Program-made: the position numbers and the translations under genes
NCBI GenBank assembly: GCA_049724395.1
Contig: JAUGWO010000093.1
Span: 1 to 38,190 of the forward strand
Direction: 5' to 3'
Length of the DNA stretch: 38,190 nt
Source of the DNA: Spongospora subterranea f. sp. subterranea
Lineage: Eukaryota
The notes under the pieces: model-generated
Database searches by the model: none
Seen by the model: the letters and a program-made list of their open reading frames with translations, nothing else
What the model was told of the DNA's origin: nothing
Shown here: one piece after another, positions 1 through 11,442 of the stretch
How positions within the stretch are numbered: the first letter of the stretch is position 1
Layout: the number at the start of each line of letters is the position of its first letter

Positions 1-532
1 CATCGCATAGTATTTCAAAATCCGACCTGGTGAAATGTAATTTTGTCCACGAAGAAACTGACGATCTACGATTAATCGACTTGCACACAATGCGAAAAAG
101 GTACGCGCGATGTACATCGTCACGTTGCTTTGCCGAAATCACACATGTCACCCATTGGTTGGCTGATTGTCCTTGAACAACAGCAATGCTCCTGTCAATA
201 TTTCTCCAAGTTTGAGATATGCGTCCATGTTATCCATGCGTGCCAGCATGCGGGAAGCCAATACCTGGAATGCCAGCACCCGTGCAGCGTCTAGTTAACC
301 GGTCTGCGAACGTTCGCACACGACACCGCGGTCGCGTTCACAGAAATATCAATGGTCGAGGACGAGGTCGGGGTAATCCCGTTCCCGGAAGAGTACCAAT
401 TGGTCACCGCCTTCGTCCTGGTCGAGCCGCTGGTCCAGGGAGGGGCAGATTGGCGGGCCCGGTCCTCGAGCTTGATTGATACATATAAATAAAATATGTG
501 CTAAATAGTATCCCCAAGATAAATAAATTATT

Positions 533-764
533 ATTCCCTTTTCGACGATGTTCGGTAATGAATACTCCAATACGAAGGTTCGCGCTCACTATAGCCGAAT
601 GCGAACGGCTGGTTATTATTCTGATTATCCCAGTTTTCAGCAAATTTGAGGCTGTCTATTTTCGCTAGCACAACATCAGTAGTGTTAACATGACCTTCTT
701 GTAGCCGAATTCGTTTCACAACATTCCCATTTCGACAATGTTCGGTAATGAATAATACGAAGGT
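533..764. repeat. Pair of imperfect ~45-bp direct repeats (533-579 and 723-764)
   Basis: ATTCCCTTTTCGACGATGTTCGGTAATGAATACTCCAATACGAAGGT vs ATTCCCATTTCGACAATGTTCGGTAATGAATAATACGAAGGT. Confidence 0.75.
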
Positions 765-850
765 GTGCAAAACGATTGGAAAAGCAGTAAACAAAAAATT
801 ACAATCTAACATCGTCCCTTCCTTAGCGAGGTGAATTTGCCTTGACATTA

Positions 851-1094
851 GGTGTCGATGACCCTATTCTGGTCGTTGGTGATCCAATTTCAGGTTGTGT
901 AGAACTCATAAGAGGTTGGGTTGCCCAGAAATAACAGTGGTCGGGACCTACCTTTTCGCATATTCTGGTTTGGGTGCTCATAACTCAATTCTTGGTTGTT
1001 CATAATCCTATATGTGGTTGGTCATGACCTCAAACATGGTTGCTGTACGCACATTTTGAGGTGCTCACAACCCGGACTCGTTGGTTTAACAGTT
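851..1094. repeat. Degenerate ~21-22-bp tandem repeats, possibly the subterminal region of a CACTA/EnSpm-like DNA transposon end
   Basis: Periodic units such as GGTTGTTCATAATCCTATATGT / GGTTGGTCATGACCTCAAACAT / GGGTGCTCATAACTCAATTCTT, ending in TTTAACAGTT (reverse complement AACTGTTAAA); no partner end in the window. Confidence 0.35.
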
Positions 1095-1217
1095 TAACCA
1101 ACCATCAAACCTTGGATTACGCCGAGACGCCGTTCCAAGTCCATTGAACCGCTGAACGCGTCGCTAGATGTCGAAGAGGCGCGGATCTTGGACCGCGCCG
1201 TTATTTTCGCTTCATTA

Positions 1218-2150
1218 ATGCCGAAAATGTCGAATGCCGATAGTACCACACCGTTGAAAACCTATTGTCCTGTCAATACCGCTTCCGATGCCGAGGAATC
1301 GGCGTCACCCGTTGGCGACAAGTTGACAATGTTGTTATTGAAAACTCTCGATCGATTAGACGACATGGAGGAACGGATCGCTCGCCTGTCGTCACCGGCA
1401 CCCGTGCCGCCATCATCTACGCCGTCAGCCTCGTCATCGCCGCCACCTCCGTCGCCGGTGCCGTCAATTAAACCGGTTCCAGCCAAAATCGCACCCGTAT
1501 CGTTGAAAACTCGTCTTCGTGTATTTTCTGGTGCCGACGGTGCGTGGAAGGACTACTCGATCTGTCGCCCGATGTCGGTAATCCAATGTGTCCCAAAATA
1601 AGAAATTTGTTACAGGCACACCTGGAATCTAATGCGTTGCTGTGTGTCACGAGACTTCCAAAAACGGCATCCTTCCGCGACGTTCGTAACCAGTTGCTGT
1701 TGTACTATCCGTAGCAGACACCGGAAGCGGCGGAGGACCGATTCGATTCTCTGCGTCAGACTTCAGGGATCGAGGCGCACATACTGGAATTCGAACTCTG
1801 TATGACACATTTTTGGGATGCGGCGGTTATCCTCTTAGCAATCTGTCGCTCTCTGCAAAATTTCGGAAATCGCTACGACCCACTCTTGCCAAAGAAGTAC
1901 ATCGCTTTCAGCCAACGTCTCTAAAACAGGCCATCCGGTTGGCTCGTCACTTAGCCCCGATCTGTCGACCAGCTGATCATGTTCGCGCGATCACTTACGA
2001 TTCGAATCAGCGGACCAAATTGACGCCAGAGGAGCGTCTGCGCTGTCTCCAACATGGCTTGTGTATGTTTTGTCGCAAACCGGGTCACAGGATTGATGCA
2101 TGTCCTGAACGAAAATCGACTGCAGCCGTCCCCAAGACGACGCCGGGAAA
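1218..2150 (+). pseudogene. gag: gag, frameshifted
   Basis: ORF pieces 1188-1601 and 1813-2322; PTSLKQAIRLA and zinc knuckle [14 protein letters not shown]; stops and frameshifts between 1550 and 1830. Confidence 0.85.
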
Positions 2151-3205
2151 TGCTTCAGAATCCGAATTTGTCCTCGTCTCATCATCATATTTTGCACGCT
2201 TTTGGATCTCGACGTTGTATTTCCGTTCAGTTAACAATAATTATCGACAATCGTGCAATACCGGCGCTGGCGCTAATCGACTGTGGTGCCACATCCTCTT
2301 TTATCGATTCGTCGTTCGTTGAACGTCACTCCGTACCAGTCCAACCGAAATCCTTTTCGATTGCCGTTCGCGTCGTGGATGGCCGGTCGTTGCCATCCAT
2401 CACTATGGAAACGGTTCCTCTGACGAATTCGATAGAGTCCGCATTCCATGATCAGATCATCTTCAACGTCATATCCTCACCCCAACACGAAATCATTTTG
2501 GGTACGCCATGGCTCGTCCATCACAATCCAATAATCGATTGGCTCGCCATGACTGTGACGCCTCGACAGACTTGTACTTCAATATTGGACGCAGTCAACC
2601 ACGCGAAATCGTGCATATCATCACTTGACGATGAGATCTCCATATCAATGATTGAAGTAGAACCGTTTTTGAACGCATGCATTGCTGAGGAACAGTGTTT
2701 TGTATTGCACACGCGTTGGAATGACCACAACGAAGTATCAAGCCCGAATTGCGCCCGAGTACCTGAAGAATTCGCCGATTTCTTCGATGTTTTTGATAAG
2801 GCGAAATGCGACGAATTACCTGAACATAGGAAGTTTGATTGTACCATTGACCTGCACGAAGGCAAGGAACCACCATTCAATCGCCTGTATGGACTATCTC
2901 CTCGCGAACAACGCGCGCTGAAGGCGTACTTGCAGGAGAATTTACAAAAAGGATTTATTCGACAGTCCAAATCGCCGGCAGGTGCCCCAGTTTTATTTGT
3001 CAAAAAGAAAGACGGTTCGCTACATCTTTGTGTTGATTACCGGGGCCTCAATTCGGTCACTGTCCGCAATCGCTATCCCCTGCCGCTGATTGACCAGCTA
3101 CTCGCACAGCTGAACTCTGCAAATATCTTCACAAAGATCGACTTACGCGGGGCTTACAATCAGGTCCGAATTCGTAGCGGTGACGAGCGGAAGACAGCAT
3201 TCCGA
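2054..3205 (+). pseudogene. pol: pol N-terminal part: aspartic protease and truncated reverse transcriptase
   Basis: ALIDCGAT protease active site, [54 protein letters not shown]; stops before YxDD. Confidence 0.93.
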
Positions 3206-3758
3206 ATTTCTGCAGTACCAATTGGCGCAATCAGTTGCTGACATGAAGCGATTTGCCGATGTCGGTCGTGATCAAACGCCTGAATTTCACCAAGTTGATC
3301 GAGTCATGTTGCGTCGCGGTGAAATACCAACCAATCGTCCGTGCAGTAAATTGGATTACAAACTGCTGGGACCATATACGATCACCAGCAAAGTCAACGA
3401 TGTCGCCTATTGCATTGACCTGCCGTCCAATTCGAGACTGCATAACGTCTTTCACGTCTCGCAGCTGGAAAAATATCATTCTAACACATTGACCGATCGT
3501 ATTCAACCGCCTCCACCACCAATAATCCTGCCATCAGAGGACCAACCGCTTTACATCGTCAAGGCAGTTCTAGATTCCAGATATCGTCACCGACACTTGG
3601 AATATTTTATTGATTGGGAAGGCTATCCACCATCGGAACGGTCATGGGAACCAGCTGCCACGCTAAGAGCCACGGATATGTTGGTGGACGAAATTCAAGC
3701 CTTCCACAGGCAATATCCCGAAAGGGCAGGGCCGAGGATAAGACGCACTAAGGGATAA
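3206..3758 (+). pseudogene. Integrase C-terminal GPY/F region plus chromodomain
   Basis: KLDYKLLGPYTI...HNVFHVSQL and YIVKAVLDSR...LEYFIDWEGYPPSERSWEP. Confidence 0.9.
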
Positions 3759-3825
3759 GGGCAGTATACTGTTAGGACCATACCATGTTCCATGTGCCCA
3801 TCAGTCACGCACTTAATAAACATTA
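3750..3825 (+). repeat. Putative polypurine tract and start of an LTR, interrupted by the Harbinger element
   Basis: AAGGGATAAGGGCAG followed by TGTTAGGACC at 3770; AATAAA at 3815; no second LTR copy available to confirm. Confidence 0.5.
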
Positions 3826-4229
3826 GGGGGTATCAAAGTTGCGATTCCGCAGGTGAATTTAAAAAGGGTACGTTGAATTCACTGGCTTGATTCACTGGCC
3901 GCACTTTTCCAAGCCAGTGAATTCAATATCTTGGTATGAGCAGTGAATTCACTGGCTTGATTCACTGGCTTGACGCATTTATCTGAGCCAGTGAATCAAG
4001 CCAGTGAATTCACTGCTCATACCAAGATATTGAAATCACTGGCTTACTTCGCTGGCCAGATTAACCTATCGGATCAATCGGGACCTTCGCAAGCTCAAGA
4101 AGAGAATTTGAGGATTTGCGTTGGAGAAATTATTTCATTTATTCCTTCAGCATCACAAGCAGGCCGTTAGTGACATTAGAACGTCGTTGAACGTACACAG
4201 TTTATGGTTACCGGTACACCCTTTCTAGG

Positions 4230-4516
4230 TATGGTATGGTATGGTATACAAAGGATCGCGGGTTCTTATGGGTTGAGTAAGCCTGTGTACTACCAGGCTT
4301 TCCCTACTTCCGCCTGGCCGCTACAAGTAGCTTGGGTATCCAATGAAGGAACCTTTTAGACCAGCTGGATTCATCAACATAACCTGTCCTAACGACCATT
4401 CTTTCCACCGAATGGGACCTGCCCCCACCCGATTATATTGCCTATCCAGAGTTTCGAGGTCACTGCAAGCAGCTTCCTCTCCCACATTCATTATGGCCAT
4501 GTGGTCAGACCCAAAT
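4230..4516 (-). mobile_element. 5'-truncated non-LTR retrotransposon (LINE/SINE-type) 3' end
   Basis: 13-bp TSD CACCCTTTCTAGG (4217-4229, 4517-4529); (CCATA)n tail on the minus strand; stem-loop AAGCCTG-N8-CAGGCTT; absent from the opposite MULE TIR. Confidence 0.85.
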
Positions 4517-4529
4517 CACCCTTTCTAGG

Positions 4530-7482
4530 AAAAAAACCCTCCTTCGTTCATCATTGGAGATGTTCATCCTATTTCGATCGGCCTGGTTAGTTGAATTGGG
4601 TTCTTTGCTTCCCATCATACTGATCAATGCAGGGACATCATCCTTGTGAATGCGCCATTTTGTGGGTGCAACACGTTGTGAAAGATCGCTGTATTATAAT
4701 TCATAATGGGAATCATGAACATAAAATACCTCACGTCAAGAAACCCGACCACTACGGGAAGCAGGCGTTGAAGGACATTGTCATGGCAGCTCAAAGAAGG
4801 ACCGCACAGCAATTGTTAGTCCCTACTCCAGGAACGAACGCAGAGTCGGTTCGTCTTCTTTCGAGTTCATTCGTGAACCGAGACAGGCTGGGATATTTCC
4901 GCCGCTCCATTTTGAAAGTAACCATGCCAGGTAATGTATAGGGAATTGTCCTCAAAAACGCGGCGCGATTAGTAGTTCTGACCTGAGTTTGCGTGCAGGT
5001 GTCACAGACACTTTCGACCAGATCAAAAAATTTCAGACCACGTTCGGTATTGAAACTCTGCGATCGAGCGATTGGCATATGTCGAGGATGCATATGTCAG
5101 TCGCTTCTGAGTTTATGAACCAGAGGTCTGTAATTTTCATCGTTGCAGCTTTGACACTGTGCTGAGCTAATTAATCAGATTGGTGGATGTACACGATTTG
5201 ACGGGGCGTCAGATCGGTGGCTGCGTATCGGACGTCACGTACTCGTTTTTCAAGAACGGGTACTTGATGACTTCGGCAGTTTATTGCACGCTAATTAGGC
5301 GATGGGTGCCTGTCCTTTTTACGTGGATGGACGGGCTGAGCAGACACCATCACCGCAGCCACTTCACTGCCCTGTTGACGATGATCACCACTGCTCTGTC
5401 AACGTCAGCTCCAGAGCTGGCAGTTGTTGAAAACGTTTCCCGACTTCGACAGCTCTGCGGCGCTGTCATGGACTTTTCTGAGGCTCAACGCAATGGTTTC
5501 GTTGAGGCATACGTTGATGTGATATCTGATCAAATTGTATCAAAAGGCGAACTGATTCGGTTTCAGGTTGTGAGGGGCATCTATTTGAAGAACGGTGTCT
5601 CTTCGGAAAATGAGCAATTGGCTAAAGAAGCCTCAGGACTGATTAAAGGGTGCCGTGTTCATTTCTCAGCTCAGCCGAGCGGATTGCTCGCAACTATGCG
5701 ATTGTCGGCAGAGACGACAATGGTAAATTTCTGAAACTCGTAATGGAGGCAGTTGATGAGCCAATGCAGGAGGCATTCATTACAACAATTCAAATGTTGC
5801 AGGTGATTCTTGAAACTGTTGATATGATGAACGCTAACTGGATTTTCTACGTTAGATGAAGTATCCCAATGCAAGACGCTGGTTCGACTGGTGGTTGCAG
5901 GAAAGTGTCGCCAGACTGATTTTTGCCTGCAAGCGCCATTTAATGAATGAGCAGTTCGCAAGCAGCTCCCGCAACGACTCGAATCCCATCGAATCGATGC
6001 ATGCGGTTTTTTATCAGATCGCTGAATCAAAAAACACCATGGTGTTTGGCCTTTCTGCGTTGATGCTTTTTGTTGGAACCTTGGAGGACGATTTTCAAGA
6101 CCGACTGATTGGCATCGAAACGCACTATGGTAGTTTGATGTTTGCGTGTAACTCATGAAAGTGGCAGCCATTTATTCCAATATGGATAGGCGATTCGGAG
6201 AAATGGGAACGAAGCATCCAACGAGCAAACCGGACATTGGATCAACTTCAGAAACCCCAACTTGTTCCCAACGATGGGCGCCCGCCAGATACGTCGAAAA
6301 ATCTTCTGAATTCAAGACAGAAAGAGACAAGTAAACCACAATCTGGACCGGGACGCCCTCGGGGTAGCAAGAATGTTGACAGAAACCTTGGCACTACCTA
6401 CCAATCATACATGCACTACAACAACACGTGCTATATTTCCTCGCTTTTGGAATGTCTCTTCACAATAATGGGTTATTGTGAGGTATGATATCACTCGACA
6501 TCAGTTACCAAACGTCGCTGAAGCCATATTTAGATTGCATACAGCTCTTCGCAAGGAATATGTTCTACAATTTTTTCCCATTTTGAAAGAAGGCGTTCCA
6601 ACCAAATGCAAGAAAAAAAGTTAGCCAGGGATCTGAAACAGACATTAATTGCTGTGGCGAAATGGGTAACCGAGGAAGTCAAACTGTATTCGCCAGGGGG
6701 ATACGGAAACCCGTTTACTGTGCTCAACCAGATTTTGCTGGAATGTCCACAAGACATGCAGGCTTTGTGGTCATTCCATTTTCAGGTTTGAATCGTAGGC
6801 ATTATACGTTGATCGTAACTAAGTCATGGCTGATATAGCGTAAAATGATTTGCTGGAACAATCACGTTCAACCAAGCTTGAGAACTGCTTTGACAATGTG
6901 GCCAATCCTGGTATGCAGCACTGATTAATTCTCCATATTGTTTTCCTTGACCGCATCGATATTTTCAGTACATCACTGAGTGGATGGTCGAACAGGCAGC
7001 CGAATCATCCTTACAGGCGGTCTTGGATGTATTAATGAACGACGGTGCGTACGAGGAGACAGACAGAAGATGTTATGATCCAGGCTGCGATCAAGTATAA
7101 ACAAAATGGGTGCCTGCAATCTCTCAACTTATGCACATGGCTATAGGTGTTGCTAAAAGATGCTCGGTGTGTGGTGAAGATACCGGACAAAATCATGTTC
7201 GTCGAATTACCGCAAGATTTGATGTCAGCGGAAATTGACTGTAATTTGATTCTGAATGTTGGTGGCTGCAAATGGACGCAAGTAGGGCGCATTAGCGCCA
7301 CACAACGTACCGGTATGCACTTTTACTCTCATATACTACGAGCTGATGTGCCCATACCGGGCTGGTTTCATTATCATGATCTTGATAATGGTGGAAGGCC
7401 TGTACTTATCTCGCCGATCACCAATGGGCGTAAACCACTTTCTTTTTTCGTTTTCTACGTCAAAAATCCGGAGATAAACTGA
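4530..7482 (+). pseudogene. Spliced MULE transposase (GCM-like zinc domain, DDE core, AT-hook) with C-terminal USP/C19-like peptidase domain; at least one frameshift
   Basis: CECAILW...HNGNHEHKIP; SDVTYSFF (D), VMDFSEAQRNGF (D), GCRVHF (CxxH), NPIESMH (E); GRPRGSK; NNTCYISSLLE and GMHFYSH...WFHYHD; short GT-AG introns; 1-bp shift near 5663. Confidence 0.75.
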
Positions 7483-7936
7483 AAATTATTTCTTGTGTCT
7501 TTGTCTGCTATCTTTGATCATAAGCGCTTTTGAGGAAGGCCTTAGTCATACGCATATATGCTAGCTGCGTTAAATCAGATTACATTCTATTACCGATGTC
7601 ATTAAGCCTTGTAGTATTTCGATAAAAAAACATGATCTGTCCGGCAGTTTGGCCACACACCGGCAATGTTTGAGCAACACCTATAGCCGTGTTGTACAAG
7701 TTGAGATATTGCAAGCACCCAACTTATTTTGCTCAGAACTGATCGCAGAAAACATTTTGACAACACCAATTACTGAAAGTCATAAAGAGGAATTAACACA
7801 CTTTTCGATTCTTTGTTCCCTGCATTGATCAGTATGATGGGAAGCAAAGAACCCAATTCAACTAACCAGGCCGATCGAAATAGGATGAACATCTCCAATG
7901 ATGAACGAAGGAGGGTTTTTGTCCTAGAAAGGGTGT

Positions 7937-8400
7937 ACCGGTAACCATAAACTGTGTACGTTCAACGACCGGTAACCATACCATAAACTGTGTACGTTCA
8001 ACGACCGGTAACCATACCATAAACTGTGTACGTTCAACGACCGGTAACCATACCATAAACTGTGTACGATCAACGACCGGTAACCATACCATAAACTGTG
8101 TACGTTCAACGACCGGTAACCATACCATAAACTGTGTACGATCAACGACCGGTAACCATACCATAAACTGTGTACGTTCAACGACCGCTAACCATACCAT
8201 AAACTGTGAATGATCAACGACCGGTAACCATACCATAAACTGTGTACGTTCAACGACCGGTAACCATACCATAAACTGTGTACGATCAACGACCGGTAAC
8301 CATACCATAAACTGTGTACGTTCAACGACCGGTAACCATACCATAAACTGTGTACGATCAACGACCGGTAACCATACCATAAACTGTGTACGTTCAACGA
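7937..8400. repeat. 36-bp tandem array, about 13 copies, in the right MULE TIR
   Basis: Unit ACCGGTAACCATACCATAAACTGTGTACG(T/A)TCAACG; T/A variants alternate over much of the array. Confidence 0.97.
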
Positions 8401-8889
8401 CGTTCTAATGTCACTAACGGCCTGCTTGTGATGCTGAAGGAATAAATGAAATAATTTCTCCAAAGCAAATCCTCAAACTCTCTTCTTGAGCTTGCGAAGG
8501 TCCCGATTGATCCGATAGGTTAATCTGGCCAGCGAAGTAAGCCAGTGATTTCAATATCTTGGTATGAGCAGTGAATTCACTGGCTTGATTCACTGGCTCA
8601 GATAAATGCGTCAAGCCAGTGAATCAAGCCAGTGAATTCACTGCTCATACCAAGATATTGAATTCACTGGCTTGGAAAAGTGCGGCCAGTGAATCAAGCC
8701 AGTGAATTCACTGCTCCCATTTAAAAAGCGCTTTTAAAGGGTGTCCACGGACCCTTTAAAAGCGCTTTTAAACTACGAGGCTACCGCACGGACTTCTGCG
8801 CATGTCGAGCGCAGCGTGATCCGACAGCAACCGCCGCCCAGACAAAACTCCACCCTCACCGATTCATTTCCCCGATTCATGATAGAATC

Positions 8890-9992
8890 ATGTCTCAGCA
8901 AACAACACCAAGAGTTATGCCTGGCAAAGCAGCGGCGACGAAGTCGCGACGACGAACGACAGCAGCCGAATATCTGATGATGGTCGAGTTCATTGAAATC
9001 GATACTAACTTTCAGTTGATCACTGGAGGTGCCGCAAAGGGCAAGCCAATGCAGGCTGGTCAGAAATTGACGAAAGCCGATGCATACAGAGCTTTAGCAG
9101 AGTATATGAACAATAAATTGAAAGATCCAAAGCGCATTGGACAGCATCCGAAGCGAAAAGCCGATGGGAATCGTACTGGAATCGGTACAAAGCCACACAT
9201 AAGCAGATTCATTCACAAACGGGTTTCGGATTGACCCAGAAAGATGAAGATCAAGGGATTTTGACTATAGCAGAAAAGGAAGAGCGGATGTGCCCTTATT
9301 ACTGCCGTTTGGATGCGTTGTTTGGGCAAAGGCAGAACATCAATCCTGCCGTCATCTTTGAAGTCGACGGCGTCGCCCCAGGTGTTTTTCCAAGCCCGCG
9401 ACCGGTTTATGACAGCGCTCCTGAATTCTCCCAGATATGTGATGGTACGGACAACATTGGGTTCGATCTGACAGGCACTTCAGCAAACAACCGATCAATC
9501 GTCGACGAATACGTCGGGAATATCGGCACTCCCCTCAGCAGCGGATGCGGTGGACCGAGCATCGTTCCTGACTCTGCTGGTTCCTCATCTTTTTCAACTA
9601 ATTCGGAGAGCAGTTCCACAGAGGGCCTGCCTACGCAACGGTGGTCAAAGCCTTGTCCTAAGCGGAAACTGTCGAAATCAGTGGAATTAAGGAAATTCCC
9701 AAAACCGACAGCAAATTCCCCTAAACAACTTCCAAAGAAGCTTGACTTCGTCTCTTCGTTCGTTGAAACGCAGAAAAATGCTCTGGATTTGGAGAAACAG
9801 CGAATGGATCGCGAGCTGAGCTTGCAGGAAAAACAGGTTGCACTCGAACTCCAAAAAGGGGAGGCATCCAAGGCTGGTGAAAGTCAGGCTGCAAAGGCGG
9901 CGATGGTATCCGATCTGATGAAAGCGGGAATTCCATGGGAGGATATTGTCAAAGCAGTATCTTATGTATTTGATACTAGTAATAAATATTAG
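8890..9992 (+). CDS. Harbinger accessory (Myb/SANT-like DNA-binding) protein, one frameshift near 9135
   Basis: ORFs 8890-9234 and 9231-9992; MCPYYCRLDALFG motif and C-terminal coiled coil; convergent with the transposase inside the TIRs. Confidence 0.7.
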
Positions 9993-11221
9993 GACCAGAA
10001 GTCCAGTACTGTTGACTGGATTTCTCGTCTCCAGTTCGATAAAGAGATCGGGACCCGATCACGCCCTGCAAGCTGATTTGAAGCGTCTATGCCTTCTTGA
10101 TCCTCTTCGTATCTATCGATAAAATCCTCGGTCCGCCGCTCACGGTTAACCATGTTGTGAAGCACACAGCAGGCCGAGATCCATTGGCAAGCGAACCTTA
10201 CATCCTCGGGCTTGTTAATGCAAATACGAAGACCACGTAGCGATTGCCACCTGCCTTTTAAGATGCCGTTACCATGTTCAGAAACCACGCGAGCGCTCGA
10301 TAGTCGTAAATTGAAGGCAGCATTTTCTGGATTAGAGGCAGCAGGCTGTCGGTACGGGACCAACATCTCTCTGGTCATGGTGAAGCCAGAATCTCCTAGT
10401 TGATATTGCCCTTCTGAAAAATATTGTCCAGGATTCTTACTTACTGATCCTGATTCCCATGCTTTTGCATCATGAACGGATCCTGGCCATCCAGAAACAA
10501 TGTAACGAACTTGACGTTTACGGTCGAAAGTCAAAATAACATTAAAGGAGTACTTACATTTGCGACTCCAATAGACTTCCCCTTGCAACTTCGGCATCTG
10601 AGACAAAACGACGTGCGTCCCATCTGTCGAAAGTATACAGCCTTCAAAACCAAACTCGCGATGGTTTTGAGCCGACAGCTCTCGCCTTTCTTCAGAGTCA
10701 GGCCAAAATATATACTCTGCAGCAATCGTGTCCAGAGCTGTTATTACACGTTTTGTGTAGAGCGATACTGTTCCGTATCCAACGCCCTTGGCACGAGAAA
10801 CAATACCTAACGACGCTCCGCTTCCACAATGGCCAAGCCGATGTAGAGCACAGGCTAGTTGAACCCAAACCTCTCGCTGTGGAGTTGTTGAATCATTGTG
10901 GAAAACAGGGCAATCTGCGATGTTGATCGAAATTCCGATTAGATTGGGAGATATTCACAGATCCAGAGATTTACTTTCAATTTGACTAACGAATCTAGCG
11001 AATGTTTGCTGGCTACAGCGTACCTCTTGTTTAAATTCATCAACTTCTAAGAAAGGCAAAAGTCGCAAGGCTCCTAAATCTCTAATAAGATTACGTCGAC
11101 GATTAACGTTGCGAGCCTGACTCACATGGATGATATCAATGCAATTCAAGCGAGCGAATTAAAAACAAAAAACCTGACGAACACAGAGGACAAACTGAAC
11201 TAGTTGATTTGCTGATCTCAT
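9989..11221 (-). CDS. Harbinger/HARBI1-like DDE transposase, spliced (5' exons approximate)
   Basis: FKQEVRCS..TF; STDGTHV, YWSRKCKYSFN, GWPGSVHDA, LGDSGF, FNLRLSSARVVSEHGNGILKGRWQSL, ACCVLHN; reading frame open from ~10910 to 9989. Confidence 0.92.
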
Positions 11222-11232
11222 TGGACGCTTAG

Positions 11233-11442
11233 CTCGCTGACGATTCGAAAACCGACACAAGGCATGCTGCATAGCCAGTAGGCGAAGACATCGCTCAGCA
11301 TCCGATAGAAGCCTCGCTCGGTCAGACACACGAGGCATTAGATGACGACGGCGCCCAATCGGCGATTATCTGCAACGATAAGTGAATAAGTTACTGATGT
11401 CAGGTGTATCCAAGCAGTGTCGGTTTTCGAATCGTCAGCGAG
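11233..11442. repeat. 26-bp perfect inverted repeat enclosing ~160 bp
   Basis: CTCGCTGACGATTCGAAAACCGACAC (11233-11258) and GTGTCGGTTTTCGAATCGTCAGCGAG (11417-11442). Confidence 0.85.

Larger units (their letters stand above)
1218..3825 (+). mobile_element. Ty3/Gypsy chromovirus-type LTR retrotransposon, degenerate and internally deleted
   Basis: Order gag (CCHC knuckle) - protease - partial RT - integrase C-terminus - chromodomain - purine-rich tract - TG start of a putative LTR; 5' LTR not found. Confidence 0.9.
3866..8718 (+). mobile_element. Mutator/MULE DNA transposon with long TIRs, nested in the Harbinger left end
   Basis: Exact 9-bp TSD ATTTAAAAA (3857-3865, 8719-8727); GGG...CCC termini; inverted arms 3866-4635 vs 7817-8718; internal transposase. 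Confidence 0.92.

Noticed and set aside
2140..2152. Programmed -1 frameshift site GGGAAAT between gag and pol
   Set aside because: The pol ORF is +1 relative to gag here and the element is decayed
7862..8463. Repeat-protein ORFs (MVWLPVVERTQF)n, or a 36-bp CRISPR repeat
   Set aside because: Head-to-tail 36-bp units with no spacers; the frames are open only because the unit length is a multiple of 3
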